Positions 9,505-18,704 of a stretch of 64,000 nucleotides of DNA are shown here, one piece after another; position 1 is the stretch's first letter, and each line of letters starts with the position of its first letter. The stretch comes from Thermoplasmatota archaeon (lineage in GTDB: Archaea > Thermoplasmatota > E2 > DHVEG-1), in contig JAOZSQ010000005.1 of the NCBI GenBank assembly GCA_029939595.1, positions 4 to 64,003 on the forward strand. Direction: 5' to 3'. The notes beneath the pieces are model-generated. The model searched no databases. It was not told where the DNA came from and was given only the letters and a program-made list of their open reading frames with translations. Position numbers and translations under genes: made by a program.

Positions 9505-9663
9505 TTAACCTGTCAATATTTTTTTATAGCTTTCAATTCTTGTAAAAACATACTGACATTTTGGACATCTTACAGGGAATATTTTATCTTTAAGACTTTT
9601 TTCAACAATTTTTGATGTTTTTCTGCAATGCGGACAAAAAACCGTATATTCATATTGTTTCAT
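9505..9663 (-). CDS. Small zinc-ribbon protein (52 aa), not in ORF track
   Basis: MKQYEYTVFCPHCRKTSKIVEKSLKDKIFPVRCPKCQYVFTRIESYKKILTG*; two CxxC knuckles; GGGGA RBS. Confidence 0.75.
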   Translation of the reverse strand: MKQYEYTVFCPHCRKTSKIVEKSLKDKIFPVRCPKCQYVFTRIESYKKILTG

Positions 9664-9763
9664 ATAATTCCCCAATTAATAATGATAATAAGATTTAGTA
9701 GTATATATTTTTAACGTTTAATATTTTTTTTCAGCCTAACATATCTAATGTTCTTATCTAACT

Positions 9764-11089
9764 TTAGATATATGGTTTTTCATATTTGAAACACTCTTTA
9801 TATCTATGAATAGCAGATTCATAACTAAAATATTTTGTTTCTTTAATAATTTTATCAGAAGGTGACAATTGTTTTTTTATCCTTTCTTCAATAATTTCAA
9901 TGAATTCTCCATTGTCAATTAAATCACGTAGATTTTTTAGAATTTTATTAACTGGATATTTTTGAATACCGTTTCCAAAATCCCAGAATAACAGAGCATT
10001 CATACCATTTTTTATTGATTCATCTAAATTTTTTCGCAGAAATCTTTCAGGGAGAAGATTATGATTATTTTGTATGAGACCAAGTATTGTTTTAACATAA
10101 AATTCAGATAAAGCAACATTTTCAAGAATCGTTGGTTGAGTTGATAATGGTCTAAATTCAATTCTCATATGTGCAGATGGTTTATATCCTACACGAATTC
10201 TTGTCCACCCAAAATATTTTCCAAGCATTATTTCAAAAGCTGCTTCCCCTGATTCATTTTCAGGAAAGTAAAAGGGTTTAAATGATAAAATTGCATAAAA
10301 ATAATCATCAATTGAATTAATATATCCTGGGAATAATCCAACTCGTGGCACATTTTCAGCACCATCATATAATCCTTCCGCTTGTTCAAAAATCGCTATT
10401 TGATGTTCTTTATTTATGAGTTCTTTTCCATTGGTTATCCCACTATTTGCACCTAATGATACAAGGGGTGCTGTGATCATTTGACTATAGTTGAAAAGAT
10501 GAATCAAATCTTTTATGTTTAATGCTTGAAGATGAATATGTAATTCATTTATAATCGAAAGACCTGAATTTCCAGGGAGATAAAAGTAATTACCATCAAT
10601 AAATGATATTGCTGCACCTTTTTTATTTTCCTTTTGAAAATAGTTTGAACTAATCAGATATCTCTGTTTTTGTGCAATATATTTATATTTTTTATAAAAT
10701 AATGGATCAATATGAAATGGTATTCCAATTGGCAATAGATCCATATCATTTTTGTCTCCAAATAATTCCATTTTTTCTCTTATTTTTTGCAAATATTGAT
10801 ATAACTCTTGGAATGCATTACTTCTCAAAGTTTTTGGTGGAGGATTCATTTCAATTTGAAATGAACCAAATTCTGGTACTACATGAAATTCTGATAAAGC
10901 ATCACTCATTATTTCTGCTGAACCAAAACTAAATTTTCCCAATTTACCAAGAAGTGTAAATTCAATTTCTAAACCAAAAAGTCGATTCTTACAGTCAAAT
11001 GATTGAGTCCGTATTACATTATCATAATACTTTTTACTTAATTTTTTAACTAATGATTCTTCATTTTCTGTCAACATTTTTGCTTTCAT
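9764..11089 (-). CDS. Glutamate-cysteine ligase family 2 (GCS2)-like carboxylate-amine ligase
   Basis: FGLEIEF, EFGSFQIEMN, ELHIHLQ, RIEFRP motifs. Confidence 0.75.
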   Translation of the reverse strand: MKAKMLTENEESLVKKLSKKYYDNVIRTQSFDCKNRLFGLEIEFTLLGKLGKFSFGSAEIMSDALSEFHVVPEFGSFQIEMNPPPKTLRSNAFQELYQYLQKIREKMELFGDKNDMDLLPIGIPFHIDPLFYKKYKYIAQKQRYLISSNYFQKENKKGAAISFIDGNYFYLPGNSGLSIINELHIHLQALNIKDLIHLFNYSQMITAPLVSLGANSGITNGKELINKEHQIAIFEQAEGLYDGAENVPRVGLFPGYINSIDDYFYAILSFKPFYFPENESGEAAFEIMLGKYFGWTRIRVGYKPSAHMRIEFRPLSTQPTILENVALSEFYVKTILGLIQNNHNLLPERFLRKNLDESIKNGMNALLFWDFGNGIQKYPVNKILKNLRDLIDNGEFIEIIEERIKKQLSPSDKIIKETKYFSYESAIHRYKECFKYEKPYI

Positions 11090-11213
11090 TATAGATCACA
11101 ATAATTCAAGGGATTAAAATAAGTCATCCTGAACAAACTAATATATAGAATAATAATTTATACTTTTTAAGGTTACTTTAAAAATATAAATAATAGAAAA
11201 AAAGAGTAATAAA

Positions 11214-11456
11214 TTATTCTTTTTTTGATATTTCTTGTTCATTTTTATTTTGAACGGTTTTGTAAATTTTTTGTTTATAAAAATAATTTGGTGTTGGAAA
11301 TGCTGTCTGTAAATGACTTTCTTCGTTTTTTTCATCTAATCCAATAGGTTCTAAATGTTGTTTTAAAAGATTATTATGATCTTCTTGAACTTCTCTAATT
11401 GGCGTTAAGAATCTTTTTTCTTTGTTTAATAATTCATTGTTCATGAAATATTTCAT
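11214..11456 (-). CDS. Small hypothetical protein
   Basis: ORF in track; GAGG RBS near the ATGs at 11456/11444. Confidence 0.4.
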   Translation of the reverse strand: MKYFMNNELLNKEKRFLTPIREVQEDHNNLLKQHLEPIGLDEKNEESHLQTAFPTPNYFYKQKIYKTVQNKNEQEISKKE

Positions 11457-11561
11457 CCTCAAAAAATGTGAATACTCAAGCAATATAAAAAGATATATGA
11501 TTCTTTATAGTTTTTTACGACATTTTTATTAATAGGGTTATCCATTATTTTATTGGGATGC

Positions 11562-12374
11562 ATGGAAAAAATAGTGAAAACTGCTATTTATACAAGGGTT
11601 TCTACTGAAGATCAGGCTAAAGAAGGGTTTTCATTAGATTCTCAACTAGTAAAATTAAAAGCATATTGTAAAGCACGTGATTGGATTATATTTGATGTTT
11701 TTATTGATGATGGTTTCTCTGGAAGAAACACTAAGAGACCCGCATATAAGAGATTACTTGAATCAATTGATTCATGGGATGTATTACTTGTTATTAAAAT
11801 GGATCGTATTCATCGTAATTCAAAAAATTTTATGTTAATGATGGAGTATCTAAAAAAACTTGATAAAGAATTTGTTTCTATGATGGAGTCATTAGATACA
11901 TCAACTGCTATGGGTAGATTCGTTATGGATATCATCCAAAGAATCGCTCAACTTGAATCTGAACAAATTGGTGAGCGTGTATATGATGGTATGCAACAGA
12001 AGGCAAAAATGAATGGAGGGAATCTTGGTTTTAATATTCCATTTGGTTATGATTATCAAGATGGATCATTAATTATTAATCAACTTGAACAAAAACATGT
12101 AAAAAATATCTTTCATCTTTATAAATCAGGTATAAGTATGAATAAAATTGCTTATTCATTTAATGAACAATTAATTCGGACAAAAATGAATAAATCATGG
12201 GGATCAGAAACAATTTCAAAGATTCTTAAAAATCCTCTATATTGTGGGAAATTTCATTGGGACATGTATACCCATGAGGGATCTCATGATGCAATAATTG
12301 ATACTAAATTATTTGATGAAGTACAAAGAATAATTAATAAAAAATCAAGAAATCGACCTAATAAAATGATTTAA
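11562..12374 (+). CDS. Serine recombinase (resolvase catalytic domain plus recombinase DNA-binding domain), copy 1
   Basis: YTRVST catalytic Ser, DDGFSG..RP, DRIHR, PFGY, ILKNPLYCG, HDAIID..F..VQ. Confidence 0.92.
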   Translation: MEKIVKTAIYTRVSTEDQAKEGFSLDSQLVKLKAYCKARDWIIFDVFIDDGFSGRNTKRPAYKRLLESIDSWDVLLVIKMDRIHRNSKNFMLMMEYLKKLDKEFVSMMESLDTSTAMGRFVMDIIQRIAQLESEQIGERVYDGMQQKAKMNGGNLGFNIPFGYDYQDGSLIINQLEQKHVKNIFHLYKSGISMNKIAYSFNEQLIRTKMNKSWGSETISKILKNPLYCGKFHWDMYTHEGSHDAIIDTKLFDEVQRIINKKSRNRPNKMI

Positions 12375-12433
12375 TATTTTTTGTTTTTTTCAATCAATAA
12401 TATTATTAATATCATTATTGTTTTTGTTTTATT

Positions 12434-13252
12434 ATGTACGGGAAGGAAAAAAATGTTGCGATTTATACTAGAGTATCTACTGAGGACCAGGCAAAAGAAG
12501 GTTTTTCTCTTGATAATCAGATTGATAAATTAAGATCATATTGTACTGCAAGAAGTTGGAATGTTTTTCATGAATATGTTGATGATGGTTTCTCTGGGCG
12601 AAATCTTAAAAGACCCGCATACAAACAGATGATGATTGATATTGATAATTGGGATATTCTTTTAGTTTTGAAGATGGATCGTATTCATCGTAATTCAAAA
12701 AATTTTATGTTAATGATGGAAGATCTTAATAAATATGACAAAGAATTTGTTTCTTTAACCGAATCTTTGGATACGTCAACTGCTATGGGTCGATTTGTGA
12801 TGAATATTATCCAATTGATTGCTCAACTTGAATCTGAACAAATTGGTGAAAGGGTTTATGCAGGTATGGAACAGAAAGCTCGTAGTAATAGTGGCGTTCT
12901 TGGTTTTAATATTCCATTTGGTTATGATTATATTGATCATGAATTGTTAATAAATTCTTCTGAATCTATTGTTGTCAAAGATATTTTTTCTCTTTATTTA
13001 CAGGGTAAATCTCTTGGTAAAATTGCTGAATTGCTCAATAATAGTAAAATTGATACAAAAAAGGGGGGGTTTTGGGCAAAAAAAACTATTTCAAACATAA
13101 TTAAAAATCCGCTATATTGTGGATTTTTAAGATGGGACAATATTGTTAATAAAAGTAATCATGAGCCGATTATTTCAATAACTGATTTTAATTTAGTTCA
13201 AGACGCCATTAAAAAAAATAATGGTATTCCATCAAAAAAGATTTCCCTCTAA
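12434..13252 (+). CDS. Serine recombinase (resolvase catalytic domain plus recombinase DNA-binding domain), copy 2
   Basis: YTRVST, DRIHR, PFGY, IIKNPLYCG, HEPIIS..F..VQ; paralog of the upstream gene. Confidence 0.92.
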   Translation: MYGKEKNVAIYTRVSTEDQAKEGFSLDNQIDKLRSYCTARSWNVFHEYVDDGFSGRNLKRPAYKQMMIDIDNWDILLVLKMDRIHRNSKNFMLMMEDLNKYDKEFVSLTESLDTSTAMGRFVMNIIQLIAQLESEQIGERVYAGMEQKARSNSGVLGFNIPFGYDYIDHELLINSSESIVVKDIFSLYLQGKSLGKIAELLNNSKIDTKKGGFWAKKTISNIIKNPLYCGFLRWDNIVNKSNHEPIISITDFNLVQDAIKKNNGIPSKKISL

Positions 13253-13294
13253 ATCTCAATAAAATTCAATATTTTGGTAATTGGTTATTATATA

Positions 13295-13333
13295 AATGTT
13301 GTTAAGTTGCATGCTTAATTATTTAACAACATT
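13295..13333. repeat. Inverted repeat AATGTTGTTAA-N17-TTAACAACATT
   Basis: Perfect 11-bp arms; the right arm recurs at 13796-13806. Confidence 0.65.
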
Positions 13334-13415
13334 GTTTATCTTTATGTTTTTTGAATTTTTTTGATAAAAAAATTTTTGTTTTTTTTTGTTTTTAAAATTG
13401 TTGACATTTCAACCG

Positions 13416-13434
13416 TGCTAGACCTTTTCTAGCA
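13416..13434. repeat. Palindromic site 1, TGCTAGA-CCTTT-TCTAGCA
   Basis: Perfect 7-bp arms; 17/19 identical to the reverse complement of site 2. Confidence 0.8.
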
Positions 13435-13744
13435 TTTTTAATATTTTAGTCAATTTTGTCAAAACAAAAAATTTCCAAATAATTTTGTTCGCTACACACA
13501 ATTTTCAATTTCAAAAACAAAATTTTTCACCATAAAATATTTCTAAAAAATTCCATATCTTATAGTAAAAGGTTACCTTCGGATTACCGATGTTGATAAG
13601 CTTTTTATCTTAAAAGCACCTTTTTCACCCATTAACCAGGGGTTTTTACATTTTTAATGTAAAATAAACTCTAAGATTGATAAGATCTAAAATTATTTTT
13701 GATTTCTCATTTAAAAAAAAATAAAATTGGCCCTAATTTTTATT

Positions 13745-13763
13745 TGCTAGATAAAGTCTAGCA
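13745..13763. repeat. Palindromic site 2, TGCTAGA-TAAAG-TCTAGCA
   Basis: Perfect 7-bp arms; spacer is inverted relative to site 1. Confidence 0.8.
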
Positions 13764-14135
13764 TAATAAATCCATTTAAACAATCATGTTATAATTTAAC
13801 AACATTCTGATTTAAAATGATATAATTTAACACGATAATATAAGATTAATCATAATTAATTAATAATTAACGTATTAACGTAATAGTTTAACAATTACAA
13901 CAATATAGGTTAAATTAAAAAATTTTATTTATATTTGTCACATTAATTATAAATAAAAAATTTATAAACAATGAAAAACGTTAAAAATAACTAAATACAT
14001 TAATTATAATTGACAGTTAAGATATATGCATAAATATTTAACTATGAAGGAAAACTTATAGAAAGCTTTTAAATCCAGTAAAAAATTACCTAAATTAATA
14101 AGTTCACAATATTAATACAAAAAGGGTTAAGAAAT

Positions 14136-14795
14136 ATGTACATAATCATTATTGGTGCTGGTGGCATTGGAAAACGTCTTACCGAATTTTCTTTGAGCGA
14201 AGGGAAAAATAACGTAATAGTTATTGATAAAGATCAAGAAAGATGTGAAGAAATTGCTCGTAAATATGATGCAATTGCAATCAATGCCGATGCGACTCAA
14301 GAAGAAGCGCTTGACGAATCAGAAATTACAAAAGCAGATGTATTAGTAACAACAACAAGAGACGATGCTGTAAATCTTATGATTGTATCACTTGCCAAAA
14401 ACAAGGGAGTAAAACATCTAGTTTCAGTTGTCAATCAGGAAGAAAGCAAACCAATGTATATGGAAAAAAATGTTAAAATGGTAAAAAGCCCTAATATCCT
14501 AATGGCAGAAAACCTATACAAATCAATCAAACATCCATCAGTAGAAGAATATATGAATGTTGGAAAACATGCTGAAATATTTAGGATTCCACTTTCGCCA
14601 AATTCAAAATTCTCAGGAAAAACAATACAAAAAATAGGGCTTCCTAAAAAAAGTTTAATCGTTGCAATTGAACGTGACAATAAATTTATTATTCCAACAG
14701 AAGATGTAGAACTATTTGCAGGAGACAAAGCAACTATTCTTGCACATAAAGATTTTGTTGATAAAGTAGCAGCCCTTTTCTCTGGTGGAAATTAA
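14136..14795 (+). CDS. trkA: TrkA family potassium-uptake NAD-binding (RCK) protein
   Basis: IIIIGAGGIG Rossmann motif, ADAT, C-terminal TrkA-C domain. Confidence 0.88.
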   Translation: MYIIIIGAGGIGKRLTEFSLSEGKNNVIVIDKDQERCEEIARKYDAIAINADATQEEALDESEITKADVLVTTTRDDAVNLMIVSLAKNKGVKHLVSVVNQEESKPMYMEKNVKMVKSPNILMAENLYKSIKHPSVEEYMNVGKHAEIFRIPLSPNSKFSGKTIQKIGLPKKSLIVAIERDNKFIIPTEDVELFAGDKATILAHKDFVDKVAALFSGGN

Positions 14796-14842
14796 ATTAC
14801 TTTTTTCAAAAAACTGATTAATACAAAATTATTATCAGATAC

Positions 14843-16021
14843 GTGGTTAAATACAAAAATAAATGGATTAAAAATGCAATAATATATCATATTCTTATCG
14901 ATCGATTCTCCAGCAATATCTCACAAAATAACTGGGAAAAACCAATCTTTTTAGGGGGAACAATTAAAGGAATTATTGATAAGATACAATATTTACAAAA
15001 TCTTGGTGTCAACACACTATGGATATCGCCATTTTATAAGACAAACGCATATCATGGATACCATATTACAGATTTTTTCGAAGTTGACCCTCATTTTGGA
15101 TCAAAAAATGACATTCAAAAATTAATAACAATTGTACATGAATCTAATATGAAAATAATAGCCGATTTTGTTCCAAATCATTGTTCATTTCAACATCCAT
15201 TTTTTATTGATGCGCAAAAAAATAGAAATAGCAAATATCATAAATGGTTTCATTTTTTAAAATGGCCAGACTCATACCTATGTTTTCTATCTTTTAAAGA
15301 CATCCCAAAATTGAACCTTGAAAACAAAGATGCAAGAGAACACATTATTCAATCCGCAAATTATTGGCTTTCTTTTGGTTTTGATGGATTTAGACTTGAT
15401 CATGTTATTGGCCCATCTAATAAATTCTGGAATTATTTCTCTTCAAATATCAAAAAAAAATATCCTTCAACAATTCTTATAGGAGAAGCTTGGATGCAAG
15501 GAATAAAATTTAATGAACTAAGAACAATTAAAATGAAAGGCAAATATCTAAAATGGATGCGAGGACATTCATCAGATTACTTATTAAAGTCATATCAAGG
15601 TCTTTTAGACGGAGTCCTAGATTTCCATGGACAACAATTAATTCAAAATTACAGTTTTAATCAAGAATATACAATAAAAGAAATTGTAAATATATTAAAT
15701 AAACATTATAAATTATTTGATTCAAATTATTTTCTTCCATTATTTCTTGACAATCATGATATGGATAGAATGCTTTTTACATGCAACAATAATAAAAATA
15801 TTTTAAAAAAAATGGCAATGATACAGTTTTCAGTTAAACAACCCATCATCATCTATTATGGAACTGAAATTGGGATGACACAACAACAATCAATATGGGA
15901 CTCATGCGTTCACGGTGATATTGTTGCACGTCAACCAATGCAATGGAATAATTTCGATGAAGAACTATTTCTTTTTTATCAAAATCTCTGCCATAAAAGA
16001 AGTCTTAAACGTATTGATTAA
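14843..16021 (+). CDS. GH13 alpha-amylase family glycosidase (neopullulanase/cyclomaltodextrinase-like)
   Basis: YHGYH, DFVPNH, GFRLDH, GEAW, FLDNHD conserved regions. Confidence 0.9.
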   Translation: MVKYKNKWIKNAIIYHILIDRFSSNISQNNWEKPIFLGGTIKGIIDKIQYLQNLGVNTLWISPFYKTNAYHGYHITDFFEVDPHFGSKNDIQKLITIVHESNMKIIADFVPNHCSFQHPFFIDAQKNRNSKYHKWFHFLKWPDSYLCFLSFKDIPKLNLENKDAREHIIQSANYWLSFGFDGFRLDHVIGPSNKFWNYFSSNIKKKYPSTILIGEAWMQGIKFNELRTIKMKGKYLKWMRGHSSDYLLKSYQGLLDGVLDFHGQQLIQNYSFNQEYTIKEIVNILNKHYKLFDSNYFLPLFLDNHDMDRMLFTCNNNKNILKKMAMIQFSVKQPIIIYYGTEIGMTQQQSIWDSCVHGDIVARQPMQWNNFDEELFLFYQNLCHKRSLKRID

Positions 16022-16129
16022 ATATTTATAAAATTATAACAATATAGCATTATATTGTAAAATACTTTCAATTAACTAGCGTACTTTTATAAACCGATTT
16101 ATTATTATCAAAATTTAGTAGGAATTAAT

Positions 16130-17083
16130 ATGGGGAAAGCAATCGAAATCAAATCAATTGATGATTTACCTGGTGTCGGACCAGCAACAGCAGAAAAACT
16201 TCGTGAAGCGGGCTTTTCAGATATCATGAGCATCGCTGTTTCATCACCACGGGAACTTTCAGATGCTGCTGAAATCGGCGAAAGCACAGGTTCAAAAATG
16301 ATTCTTCACGCAAGGAAATCTTCAAATCTTGGAAATTTTGAAACAGGAAACACATTACTTGAAAAAAGAGGCAATATTGGTCGAATAACAACAAGTTCAA
16401 GCACATTAAATGAACTACTTGGTGGAGGATTTGAAACACAATCCATTATTGAATTATTTGGAGAATTTGGTTCAGCGAAAACTCAAATAGCTCATCAATT
16501 ATGTGTCAATACTCAACTCTCAAAGGAACAAGGCGGGATGGAAAGTCATGTTTTTTTCATTGATACAGAAAATACCTTTCGACCTGAACGTATAATACAA
16601 ATGGCAGAAGGACATGATTTAGATCCTGAAAAAATATTAGAAAACATTCATGTAGCAAGAGCATATAATTCAAATCATCAAATGCTTCTTGTAGAAAAAG
16701 TAATTGAAATGTCAAAAGAAATTAATTCATCTCTTCTTATCGTTGATTCATTGACCGCACATTTCAGAGCGGAATATATTGGACGTGGTGCACTTGCAGA
16801 CCGTCAACAAAAACTAAATAGACATATGCATGATTTATTACGTTGGAGTGATCTAAATAATGGTGTGGTCTGTGTAACCAATCAAGTATCATCAAAACCT
16901 GATGCTTTTTTTGGTGATCCCACCCGTCCTATTGGAGGTCATATCGTTGGCCATACTGCAACATTTCGAATTTATTTACGAAAGAGTAAAGGACCAAGAA
17001 GAATAGCACGTTTAATTGATTCGCCATATTTACCTGAAGGTGAAGCAGTATTTACAGTAAGTGAAGCAGGCATTCGTGATTAA
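16130..17083 (+). CDS. radA: DNA repair and recombination protein RadA
   Basis: N-terminal HhH ([12 protein letters not shown]), [34 protein letters not shown]. Confidence 0.96.
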   Translation: MGKAIEIKSIDDLPGVGPATAEKLREAGFSDIMSIAVSSPRELSDAAEIGESTGSKMILHARKSSNLGNFETGNTLLEKRGNIGRITTSSSTLNELLGGGFETQSIIELFGEFGSAKTQIAHQLCVNTQLSKEQGGMESHVFFIDTENTFRPERIIQMAEGHDLDPEKILENIHVARAYNSNHQMLLVEKVIEMSKEINSSLLIVDSLTAHFRAEYIGRGALADRQQKLNRHMHDLLRWSDLNNGVVCVTNQVSSKPDAFFGDPTRPIGGHIVGHTATFRIYLRKSKGPRRIARLIDSPYLPEGEAVFTVSEAGIRD

Positions 17084-17137
17084 AAGAAAGGCTTATAAGG
17101 TATAGAACAGTTTCCTTTCACTTGGTGGATAAGAACA

Positions 17138-17332
17138 ATGGCATATAAACAAGATGGATATGTATTACATAAAAGAGATGTTGAATTAAAAGGTGGAAGA
17201 ATGCAAACAATCTACTTTTTCTGTAAGGAAGGCAATAAACCTAAGAGTGGTGAACCTTGCGATAAACCAGATGATAAAGTAGTTGGTATCAATAAAAGAA
17301 CAAAGCTTCCATACTTAAAAAAGAAGGCATAA
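17138..17332 (+). CDS. Small basic hypothetical protein
   Basis: GGTGGA RBS; 64-aa ORF with QTIYFF and LPYLKK; followed by a hairpin and T-tract. Confidence 0.8.
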   Translation: MAYKQDGYVLHKRDVELKGGRMQTIYFFCKEGNKPKSGEPCDKPDDKVVGINKRTKLPYLKKKA

Positions 17333-17351
17333 TACATTTCTTACTTTTTTT

Positions 17352-17390
17352 TAAGTAGACATCTTAGATGTTCTACTTATTTTTTTATTT
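17352..17390 (+). terminator. Hairpin flanked by T-tracts, putative terminator
   Basis: TAAGTAGA-CATC-TTA-GATG-T-TCTACTTA followed by a run of T. Confidence 0.5.
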
Positions 17391-17444
17391 ATACTTGCTT
17401 TTATAAATGATTTTTCTTTACCAATCATTAAAGGTTGATATTAT

Positions 17445-18581
17445 ATGACAATTAGAATTGGTTTTGTTGTGAACCCTATTGCTGGAATGGGTGGTAAAGT
17501 TGGATTAAAAGGTACTGATGGTGTCTATAAAGAAGCAATAAAAAGAGGGGCAAAACCTATTTCATTTGATCGATCAGTTTTATGTTTCCAAGAATTTAAA
17601 AAACATTTGAATGATGATATCAATGTTGAATGGTATACATGTAACAATGGCATGGGAAAATCAGTTTTGGATACTGTTAATATTAAAAATTACCAGCTTG
17701 TTTATGAACCCTCAGAAATACAAACCAGTTCAGATGATACAATTAATGCATGTAAAGAATTATTGAATCAAAATATTGATTTAATAGTGTTTTGTGGTGG
17801 TGATGGTACCGCAAGAGATGTTGTAAAAGAAGTAAAAGATTCGATACCAATTCTTGGAATCCCTTCAGGTGTGAAAATGCATTCAGCAGTCTTTGGTATC
17901 AACCCAAACGCATCTGGAAAAATGTTACATGAATTTATTCATGGGCGTTTAAGAACAGGTGAAGCTGAGATCATGGATCTAGATGAGACATTATACCGTA
18001 AAGGAATCTGGAAAGTACAACTTTATGCAACATGTAAAGGCTTGATAGAACCAACATATATTCAGGTAGGAAAACAAGTGTTTTCTGAACTATCTGAAGA
18101 GACTATTAAAGATGAATTATTTGAACATGTATCAGATGAATTGAAGAATCATCCTGATACTCTTTTTTTATTTGGTTCTGGTGGCACTATTGATTATATC
18201 GCAGAAAAACTTGAGGTTAATAATACTCTACTTGGTATAGATGCAGTGTATCAACAGAAAACAATTGGAATTGATTTAAATGAAGAAAAATTACTTACAA
18301 TAATTAAGGGTTATCCGAAAGTTAAGTTGTTTTTAAGTCCAATTGGTGCACAAGGTTTTATTATAGGAAGGGGAAACCTCCAATTAAGCCCTCAGGTTAT
18401 AAAAATGATAGGTATTGATAATATCATTGTTCTTGCAACTCCATCTAAGGTTCTTTCTACACCTTTTTTACGAGTTGATTCCGGAGATTTAGATCTGGAT
18501 AAATTGTTTTTTAAACATGAAATGATGATGGTTGTTATTGGGTATAGGCTGTTTCGTGTTGTTCATATTCAGAAACCATAA
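17445..18581 (+). CDS. ATP-NAD kinase family protein
   Basis: VNPIAGMGG, GGDGTARD, GIPSGVKMHS, GRGNLQLSP. Confidence 0.88.
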   Translation: MTIRIGFVVNPIAGMGGKVGLKGTDGVYKEAIKRGAKPISFDRSVLCFQEFKKHLNDDINVEWYTCNNGMGKSVLDTVNIKNYQLVYEPSEIQTSSDDTINACKELLNQNIDLIVFCGGDGTARDVVKEVKDSIPILGIPSGVKMHSAVFGINPNASGKMLHEFIHGRLRTGEAEIMDLDETLYRKGIWKVQLYATCKGLIEPTYIQVGKQVFSELSEETIKDELFEHVSDELKNHPDTLFLFGSGGTIDYIAEKLEVNNTLLGIDAVYQQKTIGIDLNEEKLLTIIKGYPKVKLFLSPIGAQGFIIGRGNLQLSPQVIKMIGIDNIIVLATPSKVLSTPFLRVDSGDLDLDKLFFKHEMMMVVIGYRLFRVVHIQKP

Positions 18582-18704
18582 TATCAAATTGAATTTTTTT
18601 ATGACATCAATAGGGTTATATATGGTATGTTGATTCATGAAAATCAATTAGTAGAATATGGATTAATTTCTTCAATAAATATGATTATGGAGGCTGAAAG
18701 AAAT

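Noticed and set aside
11562-13252. Recombinases as the integrase module of a provirus or integrative element
   Set aside because: No replication, structural, conjugation or cargo genes, and no adjacent tRNA or att duplication.
13718-13745. AAAATAAAATT-GGCCCT-AATTTTTATTT as a dif site
   Set aside because: The arms are pure A/T low complexity and lack the inner TAA/TTA; likely chance.
13253-14135. Canonical archaeal ORB elements
   Set aside because: No TTCCAGTGGAAAC-like box with a G-string, and no cdc6/orc1 gene in the window.
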